64,000 nt of DNA from a virus. A model generated the notes under the pieces. It was not told where the DNA came from. It did not search any database and was given only the letters and a program-made list of their open reading frames with translations. The translations under genes were made by a program, and so were the position numbers. Position 1 is the stretch's first letter. Each line of letters opens with the position of its first letter. The stretch lies in the IMG/VR virus record IMGVR_UViG_3300036820_000011, positions 1 through 64,000 of that record; one strand, written 5' to 3'. Below, in pieces: positions 1 to 7,889 of the stretch.

Positions 1-105
1 CTGGTCTACCTGGCGCTCAACCGTCTCCGCAACCAGGGAAGCGTGCGCAAATGCGCCGGTGAGGGTCCGTACACTATCTGGGCTGCCGGGCAGGACTGCC
101 CGTGA
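1..105 (+). CDS. 3' end of a truncated ORF (possible winged-helix C-terminus)
   Basis: Frame-1 ORF LVYLALNRLRNQGSVRKC... ends in TGA overlapping the next GTG start (GTGA). Confidence 0.45.
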   Translation: MVYLALNRLRNQGSVRKCAGEGPYTIWAAGQDCP

Positions 106-725
106 CCCGGCTCACCGTCACCGTGGCCATCCCCACCATCCCGGGCCGCGCCGGGTCGCTGGCCCGCGCCGTGGCCTCGGTCAAGGCCCAGCAGCGGCAG
201 CCGGACGCCCTGCTGATCGAACTGGACCGCCAGCGGACCGGCGCGGCCGAGACCCGGAACCGGCTGCTGGCCCGGGTCGGGACCGATCTGGTGGCCTGGC
301 TGGACGACGACGATTTCCTTGATCCTTCCCACCTCAAGGTCTGCGTCCGCCAGTTTGAGACCTGTCCAGGAGTGGACCTCGTCTACCCGACCCCGATGAT
401 GATGGGCGGGCTCGACCCGACGGCCACCACCTACCAGGGCCGGTTCCCGGTCAGCCCCTGGAGGCTGCGCTGGTCGGCCGAGTCAGAGTGGCATATCCGG
501 ACCCGTGGCTCCTTCGTGCCGATGACGCACGTCGTCCGGACGGAATCCGCCCGGAAGGCCGGGGGGTTCCCAGCCGGAACCGTCCTTCCGGACGGACGCT
601 ACCGGGGCGAGGACGAGGCGTACCTGATCGCCCTCCTAGATGCCGGAGCGCAGTTTGTCCATGTGGACCGGAAGACCTGGTTCTGGGTCGTGAACCCGGA
701 CAGCACCGCCGGGAAGCCTCTCTGA
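102..725 (+). CDS. Glycosyltransferase family 2 (GT-A fold)
   Basis: VAIPT start, GAAETRN, AWLDDDD (DxD), GGF and ED motifs. Confidence 0.88.
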   Translation: MTRLTVTVAIPTIPGRAGSLARAVASVKAQQRQPDALLIELDRQRTGAAETRNRLLARVGTDLVAWLDDDDFLDPSHLKVCVRQFETCPGVDLVYPTPMMMGGLDPTATTYQGRFPVSPWRLRWSAESEWHIRTRGSFVPMTHVVRTESARKAGGFPAGTVLPDGRYRGEDEAYLIALLDAGAQFVHVDRKTWFWVVNPDSTAGKPL

Positions 726-745
726 CGCGGACAGGATCAGGACAC

Positions 746-777
746 AGCCCCGGACAGGTGTCCGGGGCTTCTTATTT
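746..777 (+). terminator. Intrinsic terminator
   Basis: AGCCCCGGACA-GG-TGTCCGGGGCT hairpin followed by TCTTATTT. Confidence 0.8.
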
Positions 778-789
778 GATCGGCTCGTC

Positions 790-825
790 ACATGCTTGCA
801 TGTAAGTCACGAAGACATGTATCCT
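790..825 (+). promoter_or_regulatory. Putative leaderless promoter with overlapping palindromic operator
   Basis: TTGCAT (796)-N18-TATCCT (820), 6 nt before ATG 832; palindrome ACATGC-TT-GCATGT (790-803) covers the -35; another ACATGT at 815. Confidence 0.6.
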
Positions 826-831
826 CGGGGA

Positions 832-987
832 ATGACCGAACCCAAGAAGAGAGCATCTGCCCTCCAGGTGGTCGTCTCCCCAGAGAAGCGACGACTCCTC
901 CGGATACGCGCGGCGGAGCAGATGATCTCTGTCTCGGAGCTGATGCGCCGAATGATCGACAAGGAGCTGACAGATGCTGAAAAGTGA
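832..987 (+). CDS. Ribbon-helix-helix (CopG/ParG-like) repressor
   Basis: 51 aa; beta strand LQVVVS, helix PEKRRLLRIRAAEQ, then ISVSELMRRMID, typical of RHH. Confidence 0.7.
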   Translation: MTEPKKRASALQVVVSPEKRRLLRIRAAEQMISVSELMRRMIDKELTDAEK

Positions 988-1693
988 GGTACGTACCGTT
1001 TACCGGGCTAGCACTGCTCCGCTGTCGGCATGGGTACTGATTGCTATCGTCCTGGTCAAGACCGTCATCACTACGTACGTGGTGGGTACGGGCCTCCACC
1101 TAGGGCTCGAAGGCTATGACCTCGGCATGTCTGTTGACCTGATCGGAGCCAGTTGCATAGTGGCGCGGGCGCTGCCCCGTGATCCAGATCGCGACCGCCC
1201 GGAGCTGGACAGGTGGAGCTGGGCGATGACGGTACTCGACACAGCTCTGATCGGGTGGGCTACGTATCTCGGTACGGACATCGTCCGAGGCAGTTCTGTC
1301 GGGCTGGACAGGATCATCGTCTCTGTCAGCACGGCGCTCACTCTCGCACTCTTCGGATACAGCCGCTGGATGCTCGTTGATCGACTGGACCGGGATTCAC
1401 AGCGTCTCGCCGTAGTACGCGCTCCTGTTGTGATCCCAGTCGGGAAGCACGACCCCCTGGTCTACTTCATGCGCAATGGGACCCGAATCAAGATCGGAAC
1501 CACTACGCACCTGCACAACCGGGTGCGTCGACTCGCCCTCCGTGAAGCTGACGTCATCTTTACGATCCCGGGAGACCAGCACGTGGAACAGCAGCTGCAC
1601 CAGCAGTTCAAGCAGTACCGCGTAGGGGACACCGAATGGTTCGAGGACAAGGGGCGGTTGACCCGGTTCCTTAAGACAGGGAGAGACGACTGA
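974..1693 (+). CDS. Membrane protein with C-terminal GIY-YIG (T5orf172/MUG113-like) nuclease domain
   Basis: Several TM segments, then VYFMR..RIKIGTT..L.NRVRRL...E.QLHQQF..YR..TEWF. Confidence 0.75.
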   Translation: MLKSEVRTVYRASTAPLSAWVLIAIVLVKTVITTYVVGTGLHLGLEGYDLGMSVDLIGASCIVARALPRDPDRDRPELDRWSWAMTVLDTALIGWATYLGTDIVRGSSVGLDRIIVSVSTALTLALFGYSRWMLVDRLDRDSQRLAVVRAPVVIPVGKHDPLVYFMRNGTRIKIGTTTHLHNRVRRLALREADVIFTIPGDQHVEQQLHQQFKQYRVGDTEWFEDKGRLTRFLKTGRDD

Positions 1694-2892
1694 TGCCGTA
1701 CATCAAGTTCCGGAAGCCGAAGTTGGTCAAGAGTCTGGACGGTACGCGGGACATCCCGCTGCCCGGTCAGTACGAGACCGGCGAGAAGTGGGTCCCGCCA
1801 CAGGACAGGCGTGAGAAAGAGCTGGTTCGCCATGGCCGGGTCCTGGCTGGACTGACGGCCCTGTGTCTGGCACTGTCCGTGGTCGCCATCGGCGGCTTGT
1901 TCACCCGACTGATCCACAGTTACGGCTATGCAGCGGGAGGGGTGTTCGACGCCTTCTGGCTGTACGCCCTGTACACCGAGCATCTGGCAGACCTCAAGCA
2001 CCGGGTCCGGATCGTGGCTCAGGCAGCCGGACTGGCATTCATGGCGGCAGCGGCAACAGCCATCATTCTGGACGGCTACCGGCTGCACGTCGCTGTGCTC
2101 GGCTACCTGCTCGCGATCTTCCCACTCGGCATGAAGGGCTTCTGGTGGATGCGCTTCGGTCTGGTAAAGCCGCATCTGAGCAGGGAGCAGGAGGCTCAAT
2201 TGGAGGACGCGCTGGGAGACGTGGCTGTCCGGACTCGGGTCGCTGAGACGAAGATTCTGGAAGATGCCCGGCTGTCCCGGTTGACGGAGCTTCTGGACGC
2301 TGCGGCAGACCGGTCAGAGACCGTGACGGCGGAGCAGATCACCCGGACCGAAGCGGACGCCCTGGTCGCGCTGGACGCTGAGGTTGCGCGCCGTCAGGAG
2401 ATCGAACAGCAGGCACAGGCTGCTGCCGAAGATCTGACCGCACTCCTGGAGTCCGAGACAGACGCGCGGCGTATCGCAGAACAGCAGACCGAACGCCTCG
2501 CTGTGGTGGCGCGCAAGCAGAGCAAGAAGATCCGAAAGCTCAAGCGGCTCAGCGCGGTTCAGCCGTCGACTCAGCCAGCTCAGCTGCCGCTGAGCCCGGT
2601 TGAGCCGATAGGTCAGCATCAGCTGAGCCTGGCTCAACGCGTTCCCCCGCAGCGCGGTCCGGCTCAGCTGGCTCAGCCCCCCTACGGCCAGCACGTTGAG
2701 CCACCGGCTCAGCCGTTCGGTTTCGTGGCTCAGCCTTCGGCTCAGGTGGCTGAGCGGCTCAGCCGGGTGGCTCAGGCAGCTGAGCTGCTGGCAGCTGAGC
2801 CGGGGCTCAGCTCAGCTCAGCTGGCTGAGCGGCTCGGAGTGAGTCTCGCCTCCGCAAAGCGGTACCTGTCAGACGCACGCAAGACCATCTGA
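1693..2892 (+). CDS. Spread (SpdB/DUF2637-like) protein: about 4 TM helices, coiled coil, Q/P-rich linker, C-terminal HTH
   Basis: TM region with AGGVFDAFW, coiled coil, LSSAQLAERLGVSLASAKRYL HTH; lies upstream of traA/traB. Confidence 0.7.
   Translation: MPYIKFRKPKLVKSLDGTRDIPLPGQYETGEKWVPPQDRREKELVRHGRVLAGLTALCLALSVVAIGGLFTRLIHSYGYAAGGVFDAFWLYALYTEHLADLKHRVRIVAQAAGLAFMAAAATAIILDGYRLHVAVLGYLLAIFPLGMKGFWWMRFGLVKPHLSREQEAQLEDALGDVAVRTRVAETKILEDARLSRLTELLDAAADRSETVTAEQITRTEADALVALDAEVARRQEIEQQAQAAAEDLTALLESETDARRIAEQQTERLAVVARKQSKKIRKLKRLSAVQPSTQPAQLPLSPVEPIGQHQLSLAQRVPPQRGPAQLAQPPYGQHVEPPAQPFGFVAQPSAQVAERLSRVAQAAELLAAEPGLSSAQLAERLGVSLASAKRYLSDARKTI
2535..2837. repeat. Dense GCTCAG/CTGAGC repeat field inside the spd gene
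   Basis: About 12 GCTCAG, about 6 CTGAGC and about 8 one-mismatch copies in about 300 bp (manual count). Confidence 0.85.
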
Positions 2893-2957
2893 ACAAGACT
2901 GTCCGCCGCGCCCGCGCAGCGGGCTGACCCGATCCACCGACCAGAGAGTGAGTGATC

Positions 2958-3401
2958 ATGACCACGACCACGCCGATGAAGAAAGCGGCACCCGCCGCTG
3001 CGGGCAAGCCCCCGGCCGCTCCCTCGGGGAGCGTGTCCGCCCTGGTCAAGAGCCTGGACACGGTCCAGATCAGCGACCAGTACGAGCTGTACGAGTTCCT
3101 GGAGGCGTACCGCGCGATCGGCCACCGCATCGGCGTCGAGATGCTGATGGTGGCCCACAACGTCGAGGCCGGACTGAAGGCCCAGGCGAAGAAGGACGCG
3201 ACCTTCGGCATCGTGGGCTTCAACTCCCACATGGCGATCCGCCGGTTCAGTAAGCAGATGAAGGCCGCCGGTGAGCACATGGCCAGCGGTTCCGGTGCCG
3301 CAGCGGTCGCCTGGCGGCTGTTCCAGGCCGATTTTGACGAGGCCCTGTCCCGTAAGAAGCCCGTCGCGAAGGCGTCCAAGGGCTTCTCGATCGACATGTG
3401 A
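2958..3401 (+). CDS. TraA-like plasmid transfer protein
   Basis: About 147 aa helical protein directly upstream of traB; size and position match Streptomyces plasmid TraA. Confidence 0.6.
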   Translation: MTTTTPMKKAAPAAAGKPPAAPSGSVSALVKSLDTVQISDQYELYEFLEAYRAIGHRIGVEMLMVAHNVEAGLKAQAKKDATFGIVGFNSHMAIRRFSKQMKAAGEHMASGSGAAAVAWRLFQADFDEALSRKKPVAKASKGFSIDM

Positions 3402-3416
3402 GAGGAGGCAACCGTC

Positions 3417-5357
3417 ATGGCTGTCGACAAGATCCAGGAACACCTGGAAGAGAAGATCAAAGAGGGCATCACCCCGTGGCTGCTCTGCGCCTCGGCCATG
3501 CCGGTTGCCCTGGTCACGCACACTGCCTGGGGTGGCGACCCGGCCATGAACGACATCATGGCGGCCGGGGCCACAGCACTGACCTTCAGCACCTGGGCGA
3601 CCTGGAGCCGCAGGCACGAGCACACCCGCGTCCTGGCCACGGCCATCGCCGGAGCGGTCACCGGCTGGACCGCGCTGGCCGTGGCCACCTCCCCGCTCGA
3701 CCCGGGAATGCTCAAGGCGTGGATGTTCGGCGGGACCATCCTGTCGATCATGTGGAACGCCAGGCACTTCGCGCACAAGCCCGCCCATGAGTCCGACAAG
3801 GCGTCGGGCACCCGGGACGGCCTGATGGAGAAAGTCGGCGGGGCGTTCAGCGGGGCCCGCATCCGGCGCACGAAGACCTCCCCCGGCCGCGTCGAAGCCG
3901 AGGTCGAACTGGCTCCCGGCGAGACTGAGGCCGGGGCGCAGGGCGCGCTGGGTACCCTCGCGTCGGTGGCCGGGGTCGGCACCTCCGAGGTGACGGTCAA
4001 GGGCGACCCGAAGCGGGCCCGGAAGATCCATCTCACGTTCCAGGAGATGGAGGAACTCCGGAAGACGATCCACTGGCCGGGCGTCTCCGCCCCCGGAACC
4101 TCCGTGGCGGATTCCGCCCTGCGGTTCGGTGAGCTGCGCAACGGCACGGAACTGGGCCTGTGGGTCTGCGGAAACGACGACCGTGACAACCCGCGTCCGG
4201 CCGGGCACGTGCTCAACACCGGGGTCACCCGGTCGGGCAAGACCTCGACTGCCAAGACGCTCATTGTCGAGGGCCGGTCCCGGATCGACTTCGTCCCGGT
4301 CGTCGCCGACCCGGCCAAGTTCATGCAGGGATTCGGGCGGATCGCCGACACCCTGGCCATAGCGGCGACCACAGAGGCCGAGTGCCGCCAGCTGATCCGG
4401 AACATCCCGGACGCCGTCAAGTACCGGTCCCAGCGGCTCGGTGAGCTGGGGTTCGACCAGTGGACCCCGGCGTGCTGGACCCAGTACGACATCCCGATGG
4501 TGTTCATCGACCTGGAAGAGGCCACCGACTACGCGGACGAGAGCGAACTGGACGCGGCCATCCGCAAGGCCGGGAGCGTCGGCATCCTCATCATGGTGTC
4601 GCTGCAGACTGCGATCCACACCAACATCGAGCGCAAGACGCGCGGCCAGCTCACCAACAGCCTGTGCCACGGCTGCGTCGAAGATTTCGACGCGAAGTTC
4701 GCCCTGTCCCAGGGCACGCTGGAGGCCGGGGCCGACCCGACCAAGTGGCGGAACAATTTCCCCGGCAGCCTGTACGCCGAACTGGTGGGCACCCTGCCGG
4801 AGACCTGGGCCACTGAGGCGCGGGCCTACAGCCTGACCCCGGACGAGATGCGGGCGGAACTGGACGCCAGCCGTGGCACCTGGGCGGAACTCGACCCCGG
4901 AACCGCCCTCTACCTGGAGCGCGGCATCAGCGTTCCGGACGCGAAGATCACAGCTACGCTCCCGGAAGTGGTTCCGGACGAGCCGGAAGAGGAGGCCGTC
5001 GACATGACGAAGATCAAGAACGAGCACGGGGAGGTCAACGTCTCCTTGGCGCTGACCCCGCCGACCGGCGAGCGGTTCATCCTGCGCAGCGCCGACAACC
5101 TGGTCCAGATGAAGACCGAGCAGGCCCGGCAGCTGGTCGAGGACCGCATCGACCAGCTGGAGGACAGGGGTAGCACGGAGGTGGGGTTCAAGGATCTGGA
5201 AGACCTCTCCGAGCTGACCGGCCGTCGTCCGCGCTGGATCTATGACGAACTGCACCGTCTGGTGGCCGAGGGCCGTCTGGCCGAGGGCAACGGCCGCCCG
5301 CCGTTCACCATCCGGCAGACCGTGGTACCGATCAACAGGCACCGCCGCGAAGGGTGA
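3417..5357 (+). CDS. traB: TraB conjugative dsDNA translocase (FtsK/SpoIIIE family)
   Basis: N-terminal TMs, Walker A GVTRSGKT, DPAK, Walker B IDLEEA, GILIMVSLQ, GADP.KW....PG, C-terminal wHTH (TGRRPRWIYDELHRL). Confidence 0.88.
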   Translation: MAVDKIQEHLEEKIKEGITPWLLCASAMPVALVTHTAWGGDPAMNDIMAAGATALTFSTWATWSRRHEHTRVLATAIAGAVTGWTALAVATSPLDPGMLKAWMFGGTILSIMWNARHFAHKPAHESDKASGTRDGLMEKVGGAFSGARIRRTKTSPGRVEAEVELAPGETEAGAQGALGTLASVAGVGTSEVTVKGDPKRARKIHLTFQEMEELRKTIHWPGVSAPGTSVADSALRFGELRNGTELGLWVCGNDDRDNPRPAGHVLNTGVTRSGKTSTAKTLIVEGRSRIDFVPVVADPAKFMQGFGRIADTLAIAATTEAECRQLIRNIPDAVKYRSQRLGELGFDQWTPACWTQYDIPMVFIDLEEATDYADESELDAAIRKAGSVGILIMVSLQTAIHTNIERKTRGQLTNSLCHGCVEDFDAKFALSQGTLEAGADPTKWRNNFPGSLYAELVGTLPETWATEARAYSLTPDEMRAELDASRGTWAELDPGTALYLERGISVPDAKITATLPEVVPDEPEEEAVDMTKIKNEHGEVNVSLALTPPTGERFILRSADNLVQMKTEQARQLVEDRIDQLEDRGSTEVGFKDLEDLSELTGRRPRWIYDELHRLVAEGRLAEGNGRPPFTIRQTVVPINRHRREG

Positions 5358-5379
5358 CCAGACTGTCGGGCACGGACAT

Positions 5380-5586
5380 ACCAGGCATTGCGGTGCTTGT
5401 TCGGTCCGTGCCCGGCAGTGTGGCAATCCGTCACAGACCACCACAGTTCGGCACCGCAAACCGGAAAGATTAAATCTGGACGAACCTGGACTTTACGGTG
5501 TTTGTTCGGTCCGGATTGCGGTGCCACAAACCGGCCCTGACCTGATACATATTCTCTATTCCGTTCGGCCGTACTGTGCCGAACAG
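5380..5586. promoter_or_regulatory. Candidate clt (cis-acting locus of transfer)
   Basis: Non-coding gap right after traB with CGGTGYTTGTTCGGTCCG x2, GTTCGG/CCGAAC x5, TTGCGGTGC/GCACCGCAA x3, CAAACCGG x2. Confidence 0.5.
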
Positions 5587-5603
5587 AAAGGATCACAGTC
5601 ATC

Positions 5604-5819
5604 ATGATCCGCACCATCGCCGCAGCGGTCCACGTGACCGCCGTGGCTTCCCTGCTGCTCCTGCTCGGGTCGGCGATGTCCGACCCGTCGCCCCCGGTGC
5701 TCGGCTTCACCGCGCTGGCGCTCTGCGTCGTCGTGGCCGACCAGCTGATCACCTGGCCGCTGTGGCTGGCCACCGGCAAGGGGGCCGACTGGCACCCGGT
5801 CCGGGGTTGGTGGACGTGA
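5604..5819 (+). CDS. Small membrane protein (Spd-like)
   Basis: Two hydrophobic helices; RBS AAAGGA. Confidence 0.6.
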   Translation: MIRTIAAAVHVTAVASLLLLLGSAMSDPSPPVLGFTALALCVVVADQLITWPLWLATGKGADWHPVRGWWT

Positions 5820-5917
5820 GCGCCACCGGCGGACGCCGCCCCTCGAAGATCAGCCTGTGGATCGGGCGCATGATCATCCCGATCTGCTTCCTCGGCCTGC
5901 TGTTCACCCACCACTGA
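5816..5917 (+). CDS. Small membrane peptide
   Basis: GTGA overlap, 33 aa, one TM. Confidence 0.4.
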   Translation: MSATGGRRPSKISLWIGRMIIPICFLGLLFTHH

Positions 5918-5930
5918 GAGGAACCGATCC

Positions 5931-6413
5931 ATGACCACCGACCGCACCCCCGCCGTCCGCACCGCCGACTACAGCCGCCCGCTGGTGCAGTTCGACCGGC
6001 AGGGCTTCCCACTGGTTCCGCTTCCGGAAGCCGATCAGCTCCCCGGGAGCGGAGCCCCGGAACAGCACGTGCACATCCACCACCACTACCCGCCGGAAGT
6101 TCCGGCCCCGGAACCTTCCGCCCGGAACCCGGAAGCCGGATGGCTGCTGCTGAACCGCCTGGTTCCGTACCTGGTCGCCGCTGCCCTGATCGTCTTCCTG
6201 GTCGGCGGGGTGATCGCCATTCTGGCCTACGTCTTCACCTTTGTCCTGGCCTTCCTGGTGGTCCTGATCCACAGCCTGGTCGCGATCACCACTACCGTGA
6301 TCGGCCTGGTGGCCGTCGTCGGTGTCGTGGCCGCCCTGATCGCCCCGCACCTGTCGGGCCCGAGCACGGTCACCACCATCCACGGCAACCGTAACAAGAT
6401 CGGAGCAGAGTGA
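5931..6413 (+). CDS. SpdD-like spread membrane protein
   Basis: Pro-rich N-terminus, long hydrophobic stretch; RBS GAGAGGA. Confidence 0.6.
   Translation: MTTDRTPAVRTADYSRPLVQFDRQGFPLVPLPEADQLPGSGAPEQHVHIHHHYPPEVPAPEPSARNPEAGWLLLNRLVPYLVAAALIVFLVGGVIAILAYVFTFVLAFLVVLIHSLVAITTTVIGLVAVVGVVAALIAPHLSGPSTVTTIHGNRNKIGAE
6012..6170. repeat. CCGGAA/TTCCG repeat cluster
   Basis: About 6 CCGGAA plus several TTCCG in about 160 bp; the same word clusters in traB at about 4020-4170 and 4850-4990. Confidence 0.65.
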
Positions 6414-6604
6414 GCGGGAGTACACCACCGGTGCCGAAGACTCCGCTGGACGCGGCAAAGCTGCTGGCCGCTCTCCTCAGAGAACTGAACAGTGAAGGAT
6501 TCCTGTTCTCGGGAATTCTCAAGATACGTCGTGGGACCGCATACGCCTACGTCGAGGCAGCTGCCGACAAAACCCTCCAGTACCAGGAAGTGAGCGACAC
6601 GTGA
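6410..6604 (+). CDS. Hypothetical protein
   Basis: GTGA overlaps at both ends. Confidence 0.55.
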   Translation: MSGSTPPVPKTPLDAAKLLAALLRELNSEGFLFSGILKIRRGTAYAYVEAAADKTLQYQEVSDT

Positions 6605-7293
6605 TAGACCGCATGATCGTGATCGTCCCCACCCGGGGACGGCCCGGGAACGTCGTCCGCCAGCAGGCTGCCGTCACGGCGGCCGGTACCTCGCTGGCGG
6701 ATTTCGTCTACGTGATCGACGCCGATGACCCGAGGGCGATGGAGTACTGCCGTCTCGGCCTGTCCCGGCTCGACATCCTGGACGGGCGCGGCGGCGGCGG
6801 CATGGTCCCCGCGCTCAACTTCGCCGCCCGGCAGTACTCGGACATCTATGACGCCGTCGGGTTCATGGGCGACGACCACCTGCCGCGCACGCCCGGATGG
6901 GACCGGCGGATCATCGGGGCCCTGAACGAGGACTGGTCCGCCCCGCACGTCGTCTACGGCAATGATCTGCTGCAAGGGGCGAACCTGGCCACGGCGGCGT
7001 TCCTGGACTCCCGGACGGTCAAGGCGCTCGGCTACATGGCTCCGCCCGACCTTCATCATCTTTACGCCGACAATTTCTGGATGGAGCTGGGCCAGCGTCT
7101 CGGCGGGCTCACCTACCTGGACGATGTGGTGATCGAGCACATGCACCCGATCGCCAACAAGGCGGTGTGGGACGCCGAGTACACCCGGGTCAACACCTCG
7201 GACATGGACACGGCCGACCGCCGGGCCTGGGAGACCTACCGGGACCTCGGCGACATGGCCTCGGCCGTCGCCCGGGTCCGGAGGGCAGGATGA
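6601..7293 (+). CDS. Glycosyltransferase (GT-A)
   Basis: IVPTRGRP, VIDADD, ALN, FMGDDH..RTPGWD, HLYADN, IEHMHP. Confidence 0.85.
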   Translation: MIDRMIVIVPTRGRPGNVVRQQAAVTAAGTSLADFVYVIDADDPRAMEYCRLGLSRLDILDGRGGGGMVPALNFAARQYSDIYDAVGFMGDDHLPRTPGWDRRIIGALNEDWSAPHVVYGNDLLQGANLATAAFLDSRTVKALGYMAPPDLHHLYADNFWMELGQRLGGLTYLDDVVIEHMHPIANKAVWDAEYTRVNTSDMDTADRRAWETYRDLGDMASAVARVRRAG

Positions 7294-7889
7294 TGGACCC
7301 GGTCGTGACCGTGGTGATCCCCACCATCCCGCCCCGGGCGGAGATGCTGGAGCGGGCGCTGGCCAGTGTCCGGGGCCAGACGGTCGTCCCGGCCGCCGTG
7401 CGGGTGGCTGTCGCCACGGACACGGACCATCAGGGGGCGGCAGCCACCCGGAACCGGGGGCTGGAGCAGGTGACGACACCCTGGACCGCCTTCCTGGACG
7501 ACGACGACGTCCTGTGGCCGGAGCACCTGGCCAGACTGATCGGCTGCGCCCAGGAGACCGGAGCCGATCTGGTCTACCCCTGGTTCGACGTGCCCGGCGG
7601 ATGGGACCCCTTCCCGCAGTACTTCGGGCAGCCGTTCGATGAGCAGGCGCTGAGGACCGTGCAGAACTACATCCCGGTCACCGTGCTGGTGCGCACCTCT
7701 CTGGCCAGGGCGGTCGGCGGGTTCCAGGCGCTCAACGCCTCGACCGAGCCGGGCGCGTCCCCCTGCGAGGAGTGGGGGTGCTGGCTGGCGATGCTGGACG
7801 AGGGCGCGCAGTTCGTCCACCTGCCGGAGCGCACCTGGTCCTACACCTGGCACCGGGGCAACACGAGCGGAAGAGGAGACAGATGGTGA
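7290..7889 (+). CDS. Glycosyltransferase family 2, paralog of 102..725
   Basis: VVIPTIPPR, GAAATRNRGL, AFLDDDD, ADLVYP, GGF, EEW; ATGA overlap. Confidence 0.88.
   Translation: MMDPVVTVVIPTIPPRAEMLERALASVRGQTVVPAAVRVAVATDTDHQGAAATRNRGLEQVTTPWTAFLDDDDVLWPEHLARLIGCAQETGADLVYPWFDVPGGWDPFPQYFGQPFDEQALRTVQNYIPVTVLVRTSLARAVGGFQALNASTEPGASPCEEWGCWLAMLDEGAQFVHLPERTWSYTWHRGNTSGRGDRW

Noticed and set aside
2807-5459. Long minus-strand ORFs (572 and 880 aa)
   Set aside because: Antisense shadows of traA/traB caused by high GC3; no recognisable motifs.
790-6604. Complete integrated AICE or plasmid
   Set aside because: No integrase, excisionase, Rep or att repeats were seen, and the module is coupled to flanking phage genes.
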